Below, one piece after another: positions 48,636 through 61,400 of a stretch of 64,000 bases of DNA (position 1 is the stretch's first letter; every line of letters begins with the position of its first letter). The DNA comes from Fimbriosthenelais zetlandica (Eukaryota). Where the stretch lies: positions 21,762,001 through 21,826,000 of the forward strand of contig OZ365110.1 in assembly GCA_977030845.1 (NCBI GenBank). Direction: 5' to 3'. The notes beneath the pieces were generated by a model. It was not told the origin of the DNA. It did no database searches and was given only the letters and a program-made list of their open reading frames with translations. A program made the translations under genes and the position numbers.

Positions 48636-49031
48636 ATGCCAGTGGCAGCCTCACAGCAAAAAGAGGCGCATGTTCAGGCTGCTGCCCAACATTTCAGACA
48701 TCTTCTCCAGCAACCCAAACCTCCAGGCCCCGGATCGGTGCCCCTCCCCAGTGTTCACCCTATTACCACTTCTGCCAACCTTGGCCAGGATTCAGCTGCT
48801 GCATCTCTTGGAATAGTGGCCGATATGGCCGGTCAGTTGGCAGCCAATATGGCCGTGTCTAGTTCAGTGACAATCAGTGACCAAACACAGAATCAGTACT
48901 TTAGTACTCATAGTCCCCCCATACTTAACTTGAGTCCTAATTTGAGTCCAGGTGATCCCAACAGTCAGAGATCTTCTCCAGGCTATGATCTAAGGGAAAC
49001 TACACGGAGACGGAGTCTCCAACAACAGCAA

Positions 49032-49062
<31 letters not shown>

Positions 49063-49456
49063 TACAACAACATATTCAACAACAACAAGGTAGACTAATA
49101 TCCCTAGAAATTAGATTCACATTTTTCTGTTTCACGTTTATGAATTGTATCCATATTTATGTCGCTAAATATTGAAAACGGGTACCGTATTCACACTCCA
49201 AATATCCTGGAGGAAATATTTTAAAGCAAGGAATACCAAATGTGTGTTCATTGTAAATGAGTTCATGCCTTTTCCACACATGGTTGAATATTTAGGCTAC
49301 CAATTATTGAAAAGGATCTTGGAAGGAATATATTTCTAAAACCTTTTCATTTAATTGACCTTTTCAGAACAACATTATGCAAGTCTACTGCCGGGTCTTT
49401 CACGCCCACCTTGTTTAAGTGAGATCATCCATGCCGCAGAGGAGAACGGAAGAAAG
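48636..49456 (+). CDS. First coding exons (48636-49089, 49368-49456) of a large unidentified gene with a polyQ N-terminal region; continues downstream
   Basis: Acceptor at 48485, ATG at 48636 (MPVAASQQKEAHVQAAAQHF...RRRSLQ13LQQHIQQQQ), G|gtagac donor, ttttcag acceptor, EQHYASLLPGLSRPPCLSEIIHAAEENGRK|gtgagt (phase 0). No recognisable domain within the window. Confidence 0.65.
49020..49088 (+). repeat. Coding CAA/CAG repeat (polyQ)
   Basis: 13 consecutive Gln codons plus further Gln runs. Confidence 0.85.
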
Positions 49457-52400
49457 GTGAGTACTTTTTATGTCAAAATGAATATTAAAATGTGAAGGAC
49501 TTTTACATTGGGTCAGTATGTTTAATACCAGAAGCTAGAGCGGAAAACATGAGTGATTTGCCCCTAGAGTGAATCTTTATGCTAGGAAAATCACTTGTCT
49601 GGTAAATCCAGACAAGTGGTAAATCAAGTCTGGGAATTTCACGAGTGCTAAATTTTTATTTCTTTTTTTTAAGCCGCAAAATGTGGTACATAATAATTAA
49701 TATACTACATATTCATCTGATGCCGTTTACTTGAATTCCAAATACTCATCTCCTTACTCAGTTACTGTACTGTCACTACTGTGTAATTATATTATTAGTC
49801 TCTACAAAACTTTAAGGCCAGGAGTTTTGATAAAAAACCACCAAGATATGTATGTCTGAGCATTTAGAGGGAGTATACTCGCAAAATCTCACTTGGTGAA
49901 AAAAACTTATTATACACCTTTGAACATTGAAGGATATGCATTGTACTAGATGATCCTCAATCATTTATCACATAAAGATATTGTTTTTGTTTCCATGGTA
50001 AGAACGCTCTCCCGTCAGCTTTAATCTTTATCCCTACAATGTACCTTCTTTTTCCCATTCCTGACGAGGAAATAGCTGAGCCCGTGGGAAAATTCAGACT
50101 TAACCATGAGCATGTAGCAAGTTCTTAAGAAAACGTGGGAAGTTCATTCTCTGAAGATACAGAGTGTTGTCCCATCTTATTTTTTAAAAGCGTCATGGTA
50201 TTTAAAAAAATGTTTTTGCAGTTCGGTTCACGCTTGTTTCCTTGTTTTCTTTTCTTTTTTCAAGATAATATTAGTTTGATTTAATTAATATGAGTCCGAC
50301 ATAGGAGTAGGTTGTACCCATGTTGTGTCTATTTTATATTATCTTTTATTTGGGGGATATACAGAATATAGGAAATATAATCATAATATGGAGCTATAAA
50401 TGTGACAGAAACAGCTATAAATGTTCAGATACGGTAGAATTCCGGATTCCACTGAAGTTCTAACTGTTCTCACACTTGGTACACATATGGTGTCCTTCTT
50501 CTCTGTTCCCCTTCCATCCTCTCTTCCCCCTCCCTGCCCTACAGTCCCAGGGACAAAGGCCTCGCTTGGAGTGAAAGAGTGGGAAATGGGGCATGTTTTC
50601 TTTGGGAACTTGAGGCGGTGGGCCCGTGGTTTTTGCCCCTACCTCTTCAGTTGGAGAATTCTGTAATATATCGGTGATTTTTCAATGGATGTCTCCATAT
50701 TCTCGTACTAATACTTTATGCCATATTTAGTAAGACTGCTCTCTGTATAGTGGGGACTGCCAGAAATCGTTCACACTATTATATGGAGAGACTCAGAGAG
50801 CATTCATACATCAAGGACTGGCCATTCCTAGGTATTCAATAATATTCAGAAACATATAATTTATATTCACTTCTGACAGCGATCGAATTTTTACTATTAT
50901 AGCTGTATATTTATGTCTTTTGTTCAAATAAGGGCCGGAATATATTTCCGAAGCCGGAGTCTACCATGTACATGCCTTTAGGCATTGAGGGCTTTTACCT
51001 GCTGACCCATTTTCTCTTGGATCCATTATAATCGATCAGAGATAGCATTTTGGAAACTATTTACTGTAGAGAAATGAATCAGTGTCCACAACAAACCGTA
51101 TCCTGGATGCCTGCTGATATCAGCTGCACCTGCTACCCATCCTATGTGTACTCACAAAGACCCACCCACCCTCTTAACCTTTCAATTCAACCCTTGGTCT
51201 TTTCACATTTCAACATGGACTTCTCAACTGTTTTTCACCTTTTATCAACGAACAGCTTTTATGATTACTAAAAAAAAAATATGAGCACTTTTCAATTCCA
51301 GCGAAAAACATGGGATAAAATATTTATTATACTAGTTAGTACATTTAGCAGGTATCCAGACGTGAAAGGCGTATATTTGATAGGTATCACTATGTCTCAG
51401 AGTTGAAGAAAGCCCAGGTTAAAGATAGACCTTATGGTAATATGTATCTGAAGCATCAAATACCAACTCTTTACTATTTGAGGCAGGCTATGAAGGTATG
51501 GGCGCCAACAGATGGCGACACTCTAAGGGTTCGGCCGAACCTGTGCAGGTGAACCTGTTACTCTTTTATTCAAAGGAGGACCTTCACTATAGTAACTGTA
51601 GACCATAGCTCCCCCTACCAATTATGCCTAGAAGCTGAATGCTGAATAACTCGGTTGCCAGGAGCGGGGGAGTGCACAATGGAGTCCCCCTTTAAAACGC
51701 CACGACCGATTGAATTCCCCGTGTGTTGGTGCAGTGTGTATTCAGCATCTCTCCAACACACACTCACACACGGCCTGGATGGGTTCTTTTACCTCTCCCG
51801 CCACCCCTCCTCCTTTCTCCTCAACTACAGAGAGACTGTGGAGAGCCCTGAAGGACCCCAGGTTTGGGTCATGGTCGGGTCATAGTACAGGGTTCTCCCG
51901 ACAGCCAGCCACCAACTCAAGACAAACATGGGTCTTATTTTGCTCAGAAGCAGGGCTCTCCCATGATATATAAACAAGAACATAACCCATTATTGAAGAG
52001 ATATGCCTTAAGTGATTTATGACATTTGTTTGAAGAGACCATTCCCATGTGTTACCCATTGTTCCTTTAATCTCCCCGAGGAATGCATATTTATCTTCAG
52101 TTCTTAGCAAAGATGTATTCCTTTGTGATTCCCCTGCATAAAGGATACACTTTTTTCTGCAAATCATGTAATACAATAAGTTTTCATGTTAAAAGTATAG
52201 TAAATGGGAGAAAAGTACAAGCCGACATAATTTGTTTGCCCTTAAGATCTTGCGAATGCCATATTCTGCGTTACCTTTTTGCCCTCCAAGCAGGCACATA
52301 TGTTTTAACCTACTACACCTTCCACATTTTTAGTGCATGAAACATGCCTATCCACTGAAATATATGTGGCAGGCAGTATAAAAATTATATAAATATAAAC

Positions 52401-55400
52401 CATTGATATGGTGCAGTATAATAGTAAATTTATCACCACCAAGCCTTCCCAGTCCATGTCTATGGTATATTTTACTTTTGTGATATATTACCTCTAAAGT
52501 GAATCAGGTGTTCTTTGTGAGAAAGTATTGCCAACTACTACTTGCTGGAAAAAAATGGCCAGGAGAATAATAATAATCAACTCCTGCTGCCCTCCTGTGT
52601 GGACAATCATTAATAGTCCAATCTTGATTTTAAAGGTCCACGATTTCTGCACTTAAAGATCTTTTAATAGAAATAGTATACGTCAGTTCTGATATATCTG
52701 AGAGGCCTATAAATAATAGTAATACATGTATATTTAAAAAGCAGTTTAGCCAGATCAAACAGTATATATACAATTTTAGGAGTAACAACTCAAGGATACC
52801 TGGCTTGGCTTGCTTTTCAAAAATTTGAAAGTTTCTCATGATAATATATTCAATCCGTTAATGTCGTAGTAGTAATCCGCCTGTCACACATGAAGCCAAA
52901 TTTCTAACAAACATTTTGCCTTTTACAATAGCTCCAGCATAGAGCATCTAAAGACGCCATTATTGTTTTATCTCGACGTCTTGGCGGGCTTAGAACTTCT
53001 AAAGGGGCGGCAGATGCAAACGTGGTCTTTACCGTGACTCTTGAAGAGTTTCATATTGTCCTCAAACCTAGACTTATCCCCTTGGTGTTGCTATAGCTTT
53101 GAGACATCTTTTCAAGTTCCTGATTTCCAGACTGACCGCTCACTGTGCAGCTGTAAGCAATAGGCTTATGAAAATCAAAGGAAGGTTTTAAAATAAACGT
53201 CACAATGTTACAATGCATGTGTTCCATGCATTGTATTAACACTTTATTAGCATTTCATAAACACAATGAGCCTCTGCAATTTTGAATGGTTATCTCAAAT
53301 ATTTATAGTAAAAAATGTCCGCATATCTAAAAATATATTAGTTTACCATCAGACCTTAACCAATACCCAGTAACTTTAAGAACACTTCCCAATAATAAAA
53401 AAAACCACATGAAATATTCCTTGCTGCAGCACCAGGCCAGTCTGGTAGTATGAAGTATGGGGGTGATTCTGAGACAGAGATGTAGGGTAAGCGGTAGCAG
53501 ACGGGGTAAGCGGTGGCCTTACTGATTCTATTTTACTACAGCAGACGTTGTTGCCTGCCCTCAAATCACCCCTTATTGCTCATGCTAGAGGTTTTCACAA
53601 TAAAACCAAATTTATATAGTCAGTACCAGGTAGAGAAACGCAGTCTATTTTTTCATCTACCTTTGAATCTTATTTGAGATCTTCCTAGACTGCACATGTT
53701 TCACAATTACCTTGAACGACTTTAGATCACTTAGAAAATGTTTCCTTTTTCTTTGCGGAAAGTCCTTCACTAAAGATGACTCTGTTAATCTGAAAATAAA
53801 GTGTAAATTCCCTATCAATTATTGTACCTCACTACAGGCGAACCCCCTTTTGTACCGTTAATCTTTAATTTCAAAGCCCAATGAAAATTTCACCGGTTTT
53901 ACATATTATTTCTTTAGATTTAAATCGTTTTTTACCTTCAAGTTCATTAATTCTACTTTGTAGGTATTGTTGCCCTTTCCACTCCTTGTGAAAGCTCTTG
54001 TAGAAAAGTTTCATTTTGCCCTCTGTCTAATGATAATGGTGTTAAAGCGATTTACAGATTAAATTATCATGGCTTGGATTAAGGTTAAGCTTTCTATGAA
54101 AACAGTTATTGTTCATGCGCGCCTTATACTTTCCAACAAAACAATGCCTTGGTCATTCTATCAACATGATTATTTTTACAAGAAAGTAACAATAAACGAA
54201 AATATTTTAAAATGTTCTAGCACAGCCATCTCTATGGCATTGTAAGCGTTTAATGTGTCGATTTCAGGGCAATTATTCCGAGTTTAAAAGCTCTAGCCAT
54301 CTATTTAACTACTAGTTTTAGCACTTATTCTCTGTCCAACATCTGTACGACACCCCGAGGGCCTGCTGTGCAAATTGTTGGAATTCAGTATAGTCACATT
54401 TCCCCCCATCAGTATTGTATGGAGCTAGGCGCAGTTCTTGGATAGTTGTAATTTTCTTTTGATGGGATAAATACTACTAAAACTTTGATTTAGAATCCCT
54501 AAATATATAGTAAGCTCTAAGGACTGAGTTCGGGGATGAAAATACAGAAGTTTAAAGAAATTAAATAGGCTATGTGTTTTCTAAAGTAGGGAGTTTGTGG
54601 GGAAGAATGGCTGAGGGGAACAGGTGTCTGGAGTTATAAACATTTTCTGTATTTAAAGTGTGGAAAAGACCAAGTAAGCTATATTTCCTTGGCTGAGTTT
54701 GGGAAAATTCAGTCTCTAGTGCGTATACTATGAACCTTTGACAATATGTGCATTTTCGATGGGATTTCTAACATTGGTTATGTTCACTTTATTTTCTCGG
54801 GTTTATATACAAAAATAACACAGGTAAGATAGGAAAAAAATAAGACTTTAAAACATCTAATATGGCCTGCGTTGGATCAACGAGAATAGAAAGAAGACTA
54901 GTTGGTTGAATCCTCCACATTTCCATACTTGGTGGGAGTGGTGTGATTGTCCCCCGTCAGGTGTCACTCCTGACATTTAGCTGGGTGTAGCAGTAGTGGT
55001 AGGCTAACCTCCAGGTAGTCTCTTTATAATGTCACCGGCCAGGCACCACCACTGACTGACTAGCCTCTGGGACGCTTTAAATTATTCATAGAATTCATTG
55101 TCAACGTGGCCATAATAACCGCTAGATCAATAATAATTGGTGACCCACAAAGCCAATACAAGGTACTAGGTAATTGCAAATTCAGCCAGTGCAGATTTTC
55201 GGCATATATACTGTTTTCGGCATTTACCATCAAACTGACCAATCTCATTACTCATATTAAGCTTTATCTTTGCGTTGACATTTCTAACCGTTCCTTCTTG
55301 GTGGAATGCCTCTTTTCGTCCTTGGATCTCCCATAGCCACAGTTATGGTCCTATTCTCTTTCTGTTGTATTGAATACAGGGCTCTCTTCATATCTTTCCC

Positions 55401-55662
55401 TGGGATTCAGGGTTCTCTCCGAGCTTTAAGAGTACCGTACATACCTAGGTGATTATACTTTGTAGTAGATTTTTATATCCATACATGAGACATACTAAGC
55501 TCGATTTTTCTTAAAATCTATAAGAAACAATTTGGAGAGATACCGGAGCTGTGAGATATAAACGAACCGGTCATTATTAATATTTGACACCGAGCGCTGA
55601 GGGGGGTTAATACGGTAGTAGTCTCTACTTGGAGTACAAAGGCGCCTTTGCCGCGGTCAGCC

Positions 55663-56437
55663 CAGTGGTCGCGCTACCCATTCGCCACGTTCGCAATTGC
55701 GAAAAGAATTTGCATGTGGCGAAAATATTTTTAAGGTTATTCGCCACATTGGCGAATCAAAATTCTTACTAACATACTCGACAATTTGCTAAATTTTCTT
55801 GGTTGCCCTTCGGGCAACCTGTTATAGAATTCTATACTCGACAATTTTCTAAATTTTCTTGGTTGCCCTTCGGGCAACCTGTTATAGAAATCTACTTCCC
55901 CTTTTTCAAGAGTCACTGGATCCTACAGTCATAAGCATTTTGGGGAAAGTAAATAAAAATTCTTGCAGATTGGTATTGTAGGCTATATAGGAACACGAAC
56001 TTGGTGAAAGATGGCCTAAATCAAATCGTGACCTTGGTGTTATACCTAGAGCAAAAGAATTTTACCACAAATTACCGGTACAACTTCCCTTTCTTTCTTT
56101 TGCCAAGGTCGGGGACAGAGGGTTATAGGCCTAGTATTCATGGTCGAAGATGTCGCTAGGCCTAATGGAGAGAAGTGGGTAACTTCAGGGGAGAGTGGGA
56201 AGGGCGGGATGGACGGGAGAAGAGATGAAGGGATGGTGTGGGAGGAAGGAAGGGAAAAATGGAGGGCACGAATAATTAGGGGATAGAGAAAAGGTGGGAG
56301 AGTCGAAGGAGGAGAGGTTATTTGGAGGATGGGGGACATGAAAGTTTTGTGGCTAAAGACTTTTGATTGTGGCGAATACAAATTTAAAACCATTCGCCAC
56401 AGTGGCGAATGGATTTCAAACCCCAGCGCGAACACTG
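55663..56437. mobile_element. hAT-like non-autonomous element (MITE), 775 bp
   Basis: TIRs CAGTGGTCGCGCT / CAGTGTTCGCGCT (12 of 13 match); seven subterminal ATTCGCCAC/GTGGCGAA-type motifs at both ends; only a 4-bp flanking duplication AGCC is visible. Confidence 0.65.
55774..55893 (+). repeat. 60-bp direct tandem duplication, each copy with a perfect 8-bp hairpin
   Basis: ATACTCGACAATTT..TAAATTTTCTTGGTTGCCCTTCGGGCAACCTGTTATAGAA.TCT twice; GGTTGCCC-TTC-GGGCAACC at 55801-55819 and 55861-55879. Confidence 0.85.
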
Positions 56438-58392
56438 AGCCTACATTCTAGAGGGCCTGTGTCAGCAGTTGACAGATCCAGGCTAGGGTGAATGGGAGGG
56501 GAGCTATGGAGGCCACAACCCTCGGCTTTTGAAGGTTTCCTGAATACCCAGCCAAGCTGGCACCCCTGGTCCCCTACTTAAAGTATGTGTCAGTGAAAAA
56601 AATGCCACCCTATACACCCCTAACCATTCCCCTTCCCTTCACCCCAAACTTGCCAAGGGACACCCCACCCCCTTCACCACCTCCCAAACCACCCAGGAAC
56701 CCACTTGAAAAAATGTCTGGTTTCGTGTGACCTACCACAGTTATGCCATCCCTAAAATATATTACTCTGAAATATATATTCAGGTCCTTATAAACCGTTT
56801 CATGCAATAAGTAATTTACACGTTTTAATCTAAAATATTCTATGTTGAGCGCCTTGCAAGATATTTTTTTAGTCTCTACTTCTGATCTTTCTCCAAGAGC
56901 AGTTGGTTGAAGGGGTGGCATCAATCGATTCAAATTGATGTATAAATAAAAAAACTCAGTTGACGTTTTTTAGCCCCCCCCCCCCCACCTTCCGGCTCTT
57001 GCTCTGGCGCTTGGGAAGCATCAGAAAAAACACGTGGCTTTTAACTCATTTCCAGTGTGGCCTATTTCAATGGAAACCTTTAAACTGTCCGATTTAAAAC
57101 AAACTTTTGACAAATTTTAATATACAATACTTTACTGTTCGGTATTCCTTTACCTTAGAGTAAAATGAAACCTTTACTTAGAGTACACTCCTAAGATGTG
57201 TTTTTAAAATAAAACATTTTAGACGCTACAATTAAGAACAAAAAGTTTTAAAATTAATGTTCCTTCAATTCCTTGCCTTTTTAAAGCATTTCTGCATTTG
57301 CCGAGATGGAAAAGTATTCCTTAAATCAATGGATAAAATACATGAATACGTTAGCGTTCTGACTTCTGAGTGAGACTATTCACGTCAATAAATAACCAAA
57401 TAGTCCTTGGTTGGATCTGTGCGTCCTCTAGGTTGACATGTATAGAAATCATATGAGGGGACGCTGCCGATGGAGCAGCACTAGCGTCCCCTGCCTCTTC
57501 TATAGCTGAGCCTAGAGAGATGGGGGCCGTCCACAATGCAGGCCTATCTATCGATCCCCACCACCATCTCCTCCTCCTGTTCCAGCTGCCTCCCTCCAGG
57601 CTGTCATTGCCTCTGTAATGAACTTTGTGAGCAGATGGGCTCAGTATTGACAATACAATATCTAACTCACCCATCTCCCTATGTATTCCATACTCTTTAC
57701 ATAAATGGCTGATATTGACCTTTCCAACCAACCCCTGGTTACAAATATTTGTCACAACCGATGCGGTCCTCTTTTTCATTCCCTCCCACTTCCTTCCTTC
57801 TCTCCCACTATATCCTTCTTCCCATCCGCTCCCTCGTTCCCTTTCTCAACTCTTTACTTTTTCCCTGCCTGCCTGCCTCGTCCCCTGCCCCCCCCCCCCC
57901 CCTCCCCCTGAATCGCTCCCCAATCGCCTTCTTGTCCCCGCCATCCATCCATTCATTCTTCCATCCATCCTCCTAGATTAGCATTTTTCTCTGAAAGTAC
58001 AGAACATGAAGAATGAGTAGTCATTTACCATTTTCTTTCTTTTACTAAAGTCATCCTTACCAGTGAAAGGGCTTTACATATGCCTCACCCCTCGCAGGCA
58101 GAAACCAGAGACCCTCCAGAAACTCCTTAATTCCCTTCCCCATGTCCCGATTTTTATAAAACTTAAGACTTCAGTTAACTATCAGATCTTCCTCGTATAG
58201 GCCTAATTCTTTTTCGCGACTATATAGGCTAACACATTTTCACATGGACAACATTATTGCTGTATTTCCGAGGATAACTTGTTGGGGCCATAATTTTAAT
58301 GTAGCCACATGTAGGCATAATTTTAATGTAGCTTTTGGGGCCATAATTCTGAAATGCTTGGGCTAATCAGTAAATCTCATATATTCTAATGA

Positions 58393-58473
58393 TTTCTTTT
58401 TGTCCTCTTTTGCAGGTATGTACTTTTAAGCAGACTTCTGAAGTATTTGGTTTGTGACACCGAAGGGGTATGT
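58393..58473 (+). other. Candidate recursive splice site (AG|GT) with a 52-nt RS/poison exon
   Basis: TTTCTTTTTGTCCTCTTTTGCAG|GTATGT (AG 58414-58415), and a second GG|GTATGT donor at 58468. Confidence 0.45.
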
Positions 58474-61400
58474 ATACGTCACAATTCAAACAGTTTTAAA
58501 ACATTTGCACCGACACAATTTCCTGTCTATGGATCAGGGATCTATGGGTAAGGGATTGCATCCCCCCATCTTCACACACTTACACCTTCTCCCATTTCTT
58601 TCCGTCTCTGTTTCTTCCTCCTCAACTCCTTCCTCTGTCTCTCTGTCTGTCTCCCTCGCCTCTCATTCTCTCCCCCACCCTCCCTCTCTGTCCTTTGAGC
58701 GTATTCCCCGGCATTCACATTTTTTCTTGGCATGCCATTTAACGTCTTTTAGGTCTCCCCTAAGAAGGATTTTCTATGATCTTCTTCAAACCCAGTGTGA
58801 ATAATCTTCATAGTCCAGAATACCGTGCCTCTACTTCCACCCTTCACCCCCAGCTCTCCACCAATGTCCACCATAAAGTTTGAGAAGCGCCTCCACCGTC
58901 CTGTCTGTATTTATATGATTACATGTAGTTTCCATGGTGATTGGGCGTCATGTGATCGTCTTGATGGCTTTTGTGTGACATCCAATCGTTATGACAACTT
59001 TTCAAGGCCTTTTACTCTCTTTACAGCCGTCTCCTCCCTACTCGTCTATCTGGCCTTTCTATATCTTTCATTCTCTGTCTCTATCTCTCCATATATTTCT
59101 CTTTTTAATCTCCCGGTCTGTCTGTCTTGCCCTGCGCCTTCTCTCCATCTCCCCTTGCATTTATCTCGAACTTCTCGCCTTCTCTCTTCCCTTCTCCCCC
59201 CCCCCCCACCTCTATCTCTATCTCTCTTTCTCTCTCCCCCATTCACTCTCCATTCCGCCCCCTGTGTTTTAGGGTCCTCTTTGCAGGAGGCATAATCATT
59301 CTCATAATTGTTAAATATGCAGCCCACATCAGTTATGCCTCGACACACAACCAGTCCATATAAACAGACCTCACTCCAAACATAGGGCAGACGCCTCCAT
59401 TGATCCGCATAAACCCCCACCATCTAAAGCAGGGTAGGGTACTTCAGAAAAACCAGGAGACATCCCTTGTCCGTTCAAGCTCAAATCCTTAAAGCCCGTC
59501 CATTGGAGTATGCATGTAAATGAACTGTTTAAAAAGTTTTTATTTGCGGGGGATTGGACGCGGGGATTTAACCACAAAATTTTCTCCACCATATATTTGA
59601 ACTTCTGTATCATATAGTGGCGTGTTTTCCCTAGTATAGGAGTGTCATGCATTGATCATGTCACTATGTAATATTATATTTTATCATCTTTTTAAATAGT
59701 TAGTATTAATACATAATACATTTTCATTTTCGTATTTTTTCCTGAAATATGTATTAGAGGGATATCAGGACAGCAACATAGAATTATCATATATTCAGTC
59801 GATAGTGAAATCCCAATCAACAAAAAAACATCCCTGGAGTATTGAGAGAATTTTGAGGATAAATTGGAAATTCTATCCAACTCTGCCTTTCTATCCCCAT
59901 TGCCCCTTTTAAAAGGGATTTGCCAGTGGGGTGGGGGTGGAGGATAGGGGTGGGGCTGTGATAGGGGATGGAAGGGCGATGAATGGGGAGGGTGGGTGTG
60001 TGGTGGGGGAAGGTCATATCTTATTGAACTGCTCTCCAGCTGTTCTCCAGGGCAAATGACACCCATCCCCCATAAACCACCCCCCCCCCCCGCCCCGACG
60101 CACATGCACGCACGTTCAACACACACGGGCTCCCACGCAGGCAGTGCATACAAATGTGTAGCGCTATAAATAAGTGATGGGGGCGCCCGGTGCCTGTTTA
60201 ATACCTCTTCTGGCCAGACCTGCCTAGTCTAAGCCTGCGCCTGCCCTCACTAGTATTAGCATTTCCAACGCTGGCTGCAAATTTTGCCTGTGCTGGTTGG
60301 GAAATGGCTGCTACTAGTGCATGCCTCCCATTGCATAAAACATGCTAACCCTTCTACATGCACACTCTCCTTATTAGGGTTTGACTCATAGCTTCACTTG
60401 CATAGAAAGTCAATTTTCTTTGTGTATATTTGAAATTTTTGTAAAACCCTTTAGAACTGCTAACCTGATATCAATCAGCATGTATCAATGGTAATTAATT
60501 AGTTTCTCTTTGGGCATTTTCTCAGAAATTATAAGCTTTGTCTAATTTAGATGAATATTTTAAGATATGGCAATGAATGTATAAATGTTTTTAACACCGG
60601 CAGATGAACGGAATAACATAGATGAAAATACATCTAAATTATGATTGAAATCTCGGATATAGTGAAATCTTATTTCTTTGGTGTGACAAATATTAGGACA
60701 AATATAAAACTTGGCCTTGGTGCAACCCATATCCTGGAATTATGCAGGAAAGAAAAAAAGAGATTACAATCGCCATCTGGGTAACCCTGACATCCGCTCT
60801 ATGCAGGTGCCAAATTAAAAACTTGACCGAGGTACCCAAGCTCGAAACTGAGGGTACTCTGATGGTACTGAGGGTACTTGATTTGTCCTCCAGAAATTAG
60901 ACATACCCTTATATGCGGGCATTAAAGCAAGTCCACCCATGGATGCATAATAATTAGTAAAATTGCAGATCAATTGCTGCCTTGATAGCTTTTCAAAGAG
61001 AATTTTGAATTGGGTTGCCAATGTACTTGGCAATATTTATAGCCTAGCTTTCCCGGAGTTTAAAAGAAAATAAATTATATTTATTTTAGAGACTTCAAAA
61101 TATTATCCAATCTCCTAGGAAACGACTTTGTTCCGAATATGAATTGACCGGATCACTTGTCCTTGCCTTATTATTACAACTCCCCCTGCCCAGTCTCTCC
61201 CAAACAATGGTTTAGTGAAACACTATTTAAAAGTTTTCATGACCAGTGGATTTCTCCATTTTATTCTCCTCAAGTCGGTACCCCCTGTGGCCTCCCATGC
61301 TGAGTCGGGATCTCTGGTCTATACAAGTCATTTTATTAGGCCTCTATGGCCTGCTATTGTTATCAACAAATGTAATTTAAATCAGGAAATGGGGTATAGA

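Noticed and set aside
53951-53969. Second AG|GT site (TTCTACTTTGTAG|GTATTG)
   Set aside because: Shorter pyrimidine tract and weaker donor than the 58415 site; not distinguishable from chance.
56046-60153. Many 70-156-aa ORFs rich in Pro/Ser/Leu or Gly/Arg
   Set aside because: They arise from CT/GA-rich low-complexity tracts lacking stop codons; no coding signature.
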